This document shows positions 60,490 through 64,000 of a stretch of 64,000 nt of DNA, piece by piece. A program made the translations under genes and the position numbers. The notes beneath the pieces are model-generated. The model was given only the letters and a program-made list of their open reading frames with translations, searched no databases and had not been told where the DNA came from. Position 1 is the first letter of the stretch. Every line of letters begins with the position of its first letter. This stretch comes from Octopus vulgaris (Eukaryota), in contig OX597814.1 in the NCBI GenBank assembly GCA_951406725.2, positions 169,570,001 to 169,634,000 on the forward strand. Direction: 5' to 3'.

Positions 60490-60700
60490 TGACCGCATGT
60501 GTACCGTTGGCGATTTTTTTCCTCTGTCTTCCCTTCGTTGGATCTTTCCTTTTCCTATGTTTCTGACAAAGAGCTCCACTCAAAATGTTAAATCCTCCTT
60601 CTTTCCTTCCTTTCCTGAGCGTCCAATAACACTATACTTGTTCTACGTCCTCACGTTGTTGTATTTTCTCTTTGTGTTTTCATGTTTGGATTAACTATGT
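60490..60700 (+). mobile_element. Hammerhead-bearing element, family c (decayed core)
   Basis: 60559-60593: GUUU-CUGACAA-A-GAGC-UCC-ACUC-AAAA-UGUU-AAAU. Flanks homologous to 14792-14990 and 49880-50075. Confidence 0.7.
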
Positions 60701-60854
60701 ATATATATATTATATTAAATTAGAGATAAAACCACTATTAGGCAAATCAAACAGTGAAAGACATAAGCCAATACATAAAATTAATTTAAAAATATAAAAG
60801 TTAAAAATAAAAAATTATTTAAATAATTTAAACTTATAAATTCTCTATATATAT

Positions 60855-60891
<37 letters not shown>

Positions 60892-60920
60892 CATGTATAT
60901 TTTTATATTTATATATTATT

Positions 60921-60951
<31 letters not shown>

Positions 60952-61719
60952 TCATTATTATTTTTATATATATCAAAAGTATTAAAAGTTTAATAAAAGA
61001 TATGTATATGTATATATAATAGGCTTGACTTTGGTTAGCTACAGCTATTAGTAGAAGAATTTTGCCCAAGATGCCATGCAGTATGACTGAAACTGAGACC
61101 ACATGGTTCAGAAGCATGCTTCATAACCACACTGCCACACCTGTGCATATTCAACAGCTGTAATGTAGAAGAAAATAAAAGAAAGGGAAAAATATAGATT
61201 ATGATGTAAATGATTTTTTAAAATAATTTTCCACTGAATTAATGATATGGTACATAAGTTGTCCAAAAATAGATTAAAACATTGATAGAAAATAAATTGA
61301 CAATTTCTTTAAAATTTCCAATATATTTCTGAAACATGAGTAGTGCTTAATGCGACAAAACAGTATTGTAAAATATTGGATTCTTGGAATAGCTATACTA
61401 ACATTAAAATATTTGTGTCAATGTTATAACAGATGGGAAGTTTACTGCAAACCAATTGCTGTTGTTCATTCTGTTTAGCCTCAGGGTAGTCCTATTTTAG
61501 CTGACCTATGACCAAAGGCATTCCAATTGGTACCATTTTGTCTTTTTCTTTGATGCATCACATCTATGGCCATGTTATCCAATGTGTATTTTTCAAGACA
61601 GTAGGGTATAATTTAAGAGAGAAAGGTAAGAGATGGGTTTTTTTGGCTGCTATTTCTTGCAGACTGATACCTGCAATGGACTGCTTCAAAGGCTTGAGGT
61701 TAGGTATCTTTATCATTCA

Positions 61720-61915
61720 CCTTTTATTTGTTTCAGTCATTGGACTGCATGGACCGCGACCATGCTGGAGTACCACTTTGAAAGGTTTAATTGACCTCAG
61801 TACTTATTTTTAAAGTCTAAAGCTTATACCAACAGTCTTTTTTGCCGAACTTCTAAGTTACTGGAGTATAAACAAGTGAACACCAGTTGTCAAGTGGTGA
61901 TGGGAGACAAACAGA
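61720..61915 (-). mobile_element. SINE family A, 3' half
   Basis: TTGTTTCAGTCATTGGACTG..CCATGCTGGAGTACC..TTTTGCCGAAC. Confidence 0.8.
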
Positions 61916-61975
<60 letters not shown>

Positions 61976-61985
61976 GCCCATTATA

Positions 61986-62036
<51 letters not shown>

Positions 62037-62064
62037 GTATGTATGTATGTATGTATGTATAAAT

Positions 62065-62240
62065 GTGTAGCAGCATTTTTTTTGTCTTTACCTTCTGAGT
62101 TCAAATTCCACCAAGGTCAACTTTACCTTTCATCCTTTAGGGGTTGATGAAATAAGTACCAGTAGATCACTGGGCTCGATGTAATCAACTTACTTCCATC
62201 CCCTAAACTGGTGGCCTTGTGCCAAAATTTGAAATCAGAA
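62065..62240 (+). mobile_element. SINE family B
   Basis: TTCTGAGTTCAAATTCCACCAAGGTCAACTTTACCTTTCATCCTTTAGGGGTTGATGAAATAAGTACCAG core. Confidence 0.85.
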
Positions 62241-62399
62241 ATAAATAAGAGTAGTGAACTGGCAGTATTGTTAAATCATTAGACAAAAATGACAATCATC
62301 ATCACCATTATCATCAATGTCATCATTGTTGTCCCCATCGTAATCGTCCTCCTTCTCCTCCTCCTCCTCCTCCTCACCATCATCATCATCATCACCATA

Positions 62400-62610
62400 T
62401 TCATCATCAGCAGCAGCAGCATTTAATGTCCATGTTCCACGCTGGCATGAGTTGGATGATTTGGCAAGATCCAATGCATCCAAGGACTGCATTGTACTAC
62501 AAGTGTCTACTTTGGCCTGGTTCCTATGGCTGGATGCCCTTTCTGATGTCAACCACTTTTCAAAGTGTACTGGGGGTGCTTTTTTACATAGCACCAGTGC
62601 AATTCTCATG
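62400..62610 (-). mobile_element. RTE 3' tail copy (another at 63440-63615)
   Basis: GGCTGGATGCCCTTTCT..AACCACT motif and a (CAT)n-derived tail. Confidence 0.75.
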
Positions 62611-64000
62611 GTAGGATACAAACCAATGAAACCCTTGGCTAGTTTACCAGTTCCTCATTGACCTAGTTACCTCAGCTTTTCTCCTGTTGACAGTAACAAA
62701 AAAAAAAGGGGGAGGGGAAATCAAAGAAAGAAAGAAAACAGCTATAATTTTAGATTTAAAAACTAAATCAAGTAGTTTATACAAAATAATCTCTTTGATC
62801 TAAAATTTATTTAAGTATCGTCTGTCACTATGTTTATGTAACTGTGTAGTTTAATCACGTGTCTTGGCTAATCTAAACAAGAGTTTAAATCACAGTTGTA
62901 AGTATCAGTCAGAAATCTATTTCTTCCATTCCATTTATAGAATCATTCTGTGAGATAAGAATTTAATTAATATCACAGGTTACCAAACCTCATTGATTAG
63001 AAGTGTCTACATATGTTAGTAGTAGAAATCTGTCATGGTATTAAAAGTATTAGTTTATTGTCAGAAGATTTAAATCCACTGGTGGTGTGTTTTTGTATCC
63101 ATGGGCAGTGTTCTCTCTCTTCTATTGCCTTTATTTTACAACAGCATGTATATGTTAGTGGATTAGTGTTTGTTGCATGTATTTCTTTTTTTTGTTTTTG
63201 TTTTTCTTGGTTAGTCAGAAGGGCAGAGCAGTGCCCATGGTCAACCACAGGATCAGCAAGGCAGGTGGGAGGGATGAAAGCATCCATTAATCCTTTTACT
63301 GCAAAATGAAATATTGTGGTTATTCTAGTAAATATGTTAAATCATCATCATCATCATCATTATCATCATCACCACCACCACCACCACCACCACCACCACC
63401 ACCATCATCATCATTATCATGATGTCAACATCATCGTCATCATCTAACATCTGTCCTTCATGCTGACATAGGTTGAACAGTGTGACAGGAGTTAGTCAGC
63501 TAGAGAACTACTTTGGCTCCATTTGTCCGTTTTGGTATGGTTTCTATGACTGATTACCCTTCCTAACACCAACCACTCCACAGAGTGTACTGGGTGTTTT
63601 TACATGACACCAGCACAGACACTTTTATGCGACACTGATATGGACTGGTATTTTCTCCAAGTGACATTGCTTCATTGAGCTTGGTGTATCCTGACACAAA
63701 ATAGCCTTGAACATGATATTCTTCAGCAAAAGATAGATTGGTATATAAAACTGCTTTTTGCACTAAAGGGCAATGAAATTTTGAGTGGATATATCTTATT
63801 TTCACATTGAAATGGTTAACATTGAGGTGCCTACCAAAGGCACTCAAAAACCGGTGAGGTTTTTAAACCAGACAACAGATTAAACCTACTTCCCATATTG
63901 ACCATGGCTGGCTTTGAACTCACAAAGTCTGATGCTTTAACAATTCACTGTTCTCGACTGGTATGTTAAATATGTTAAATCATTATCATCACCACCACCA

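Noticed and set aside
4059-62147. Dozens of 60-250 aa ORFs rich in YI/HT/CV/MY (e.g. 10707-11390, 45074-45832)
   Set aside because: Translations of (TA)n, (CA)n, (TACA)n and (ATT)n repeats, which lack stop codons by composition.
63013-63309. Overlapping 98-aa and 84-aa ORFs
   Set aside because: No recognisable motif, and the length is within chance expectation.

Overview
AT-rich, microsatellite-dense eukaryotic DNA. From memory, the SINE and LINE complement looks like an Octopus/coleoid cephalopod genome; this is inference and was not searched. No host protein-coding gene can be supported, so the window looks intronic or intergenic, and most short ORFs in the track are microsatellite artefacts. 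The only long coding sequence is a young, near-complete RTE-clade LINE on the minus strand (about 55699-59433). It encodes APE, RT (YADD) and a PHD finger, is broken by one in-frame TAA, and sits inside a (TA)n tract. Around it are many decayed RTE fragments and 3' tails, Hero and R4/Dong 3' ends, DD37D/maT and mariner relics, hAT and piggyBac-type MITEs, a Helitron, and dozens of tRNA-derived SINEs from at least three families. The least obvious signal is a set of at least 8 mostly unrelated families of short non-coding elements, usually in (TA)n and often with an inverted arm. Each carries a type I hammerhead-ribozyme fold (CUGANGA or UUGANAA...GAAA, short often palindromic stem III, NUH site), the architecture of Penelope-like pseudo-LTRs. 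One family fuses a Pol III tRNA head to the hammerhead tail. All folds were read by eye and most copies are mutated. Coordinates are approximate to a few bases.
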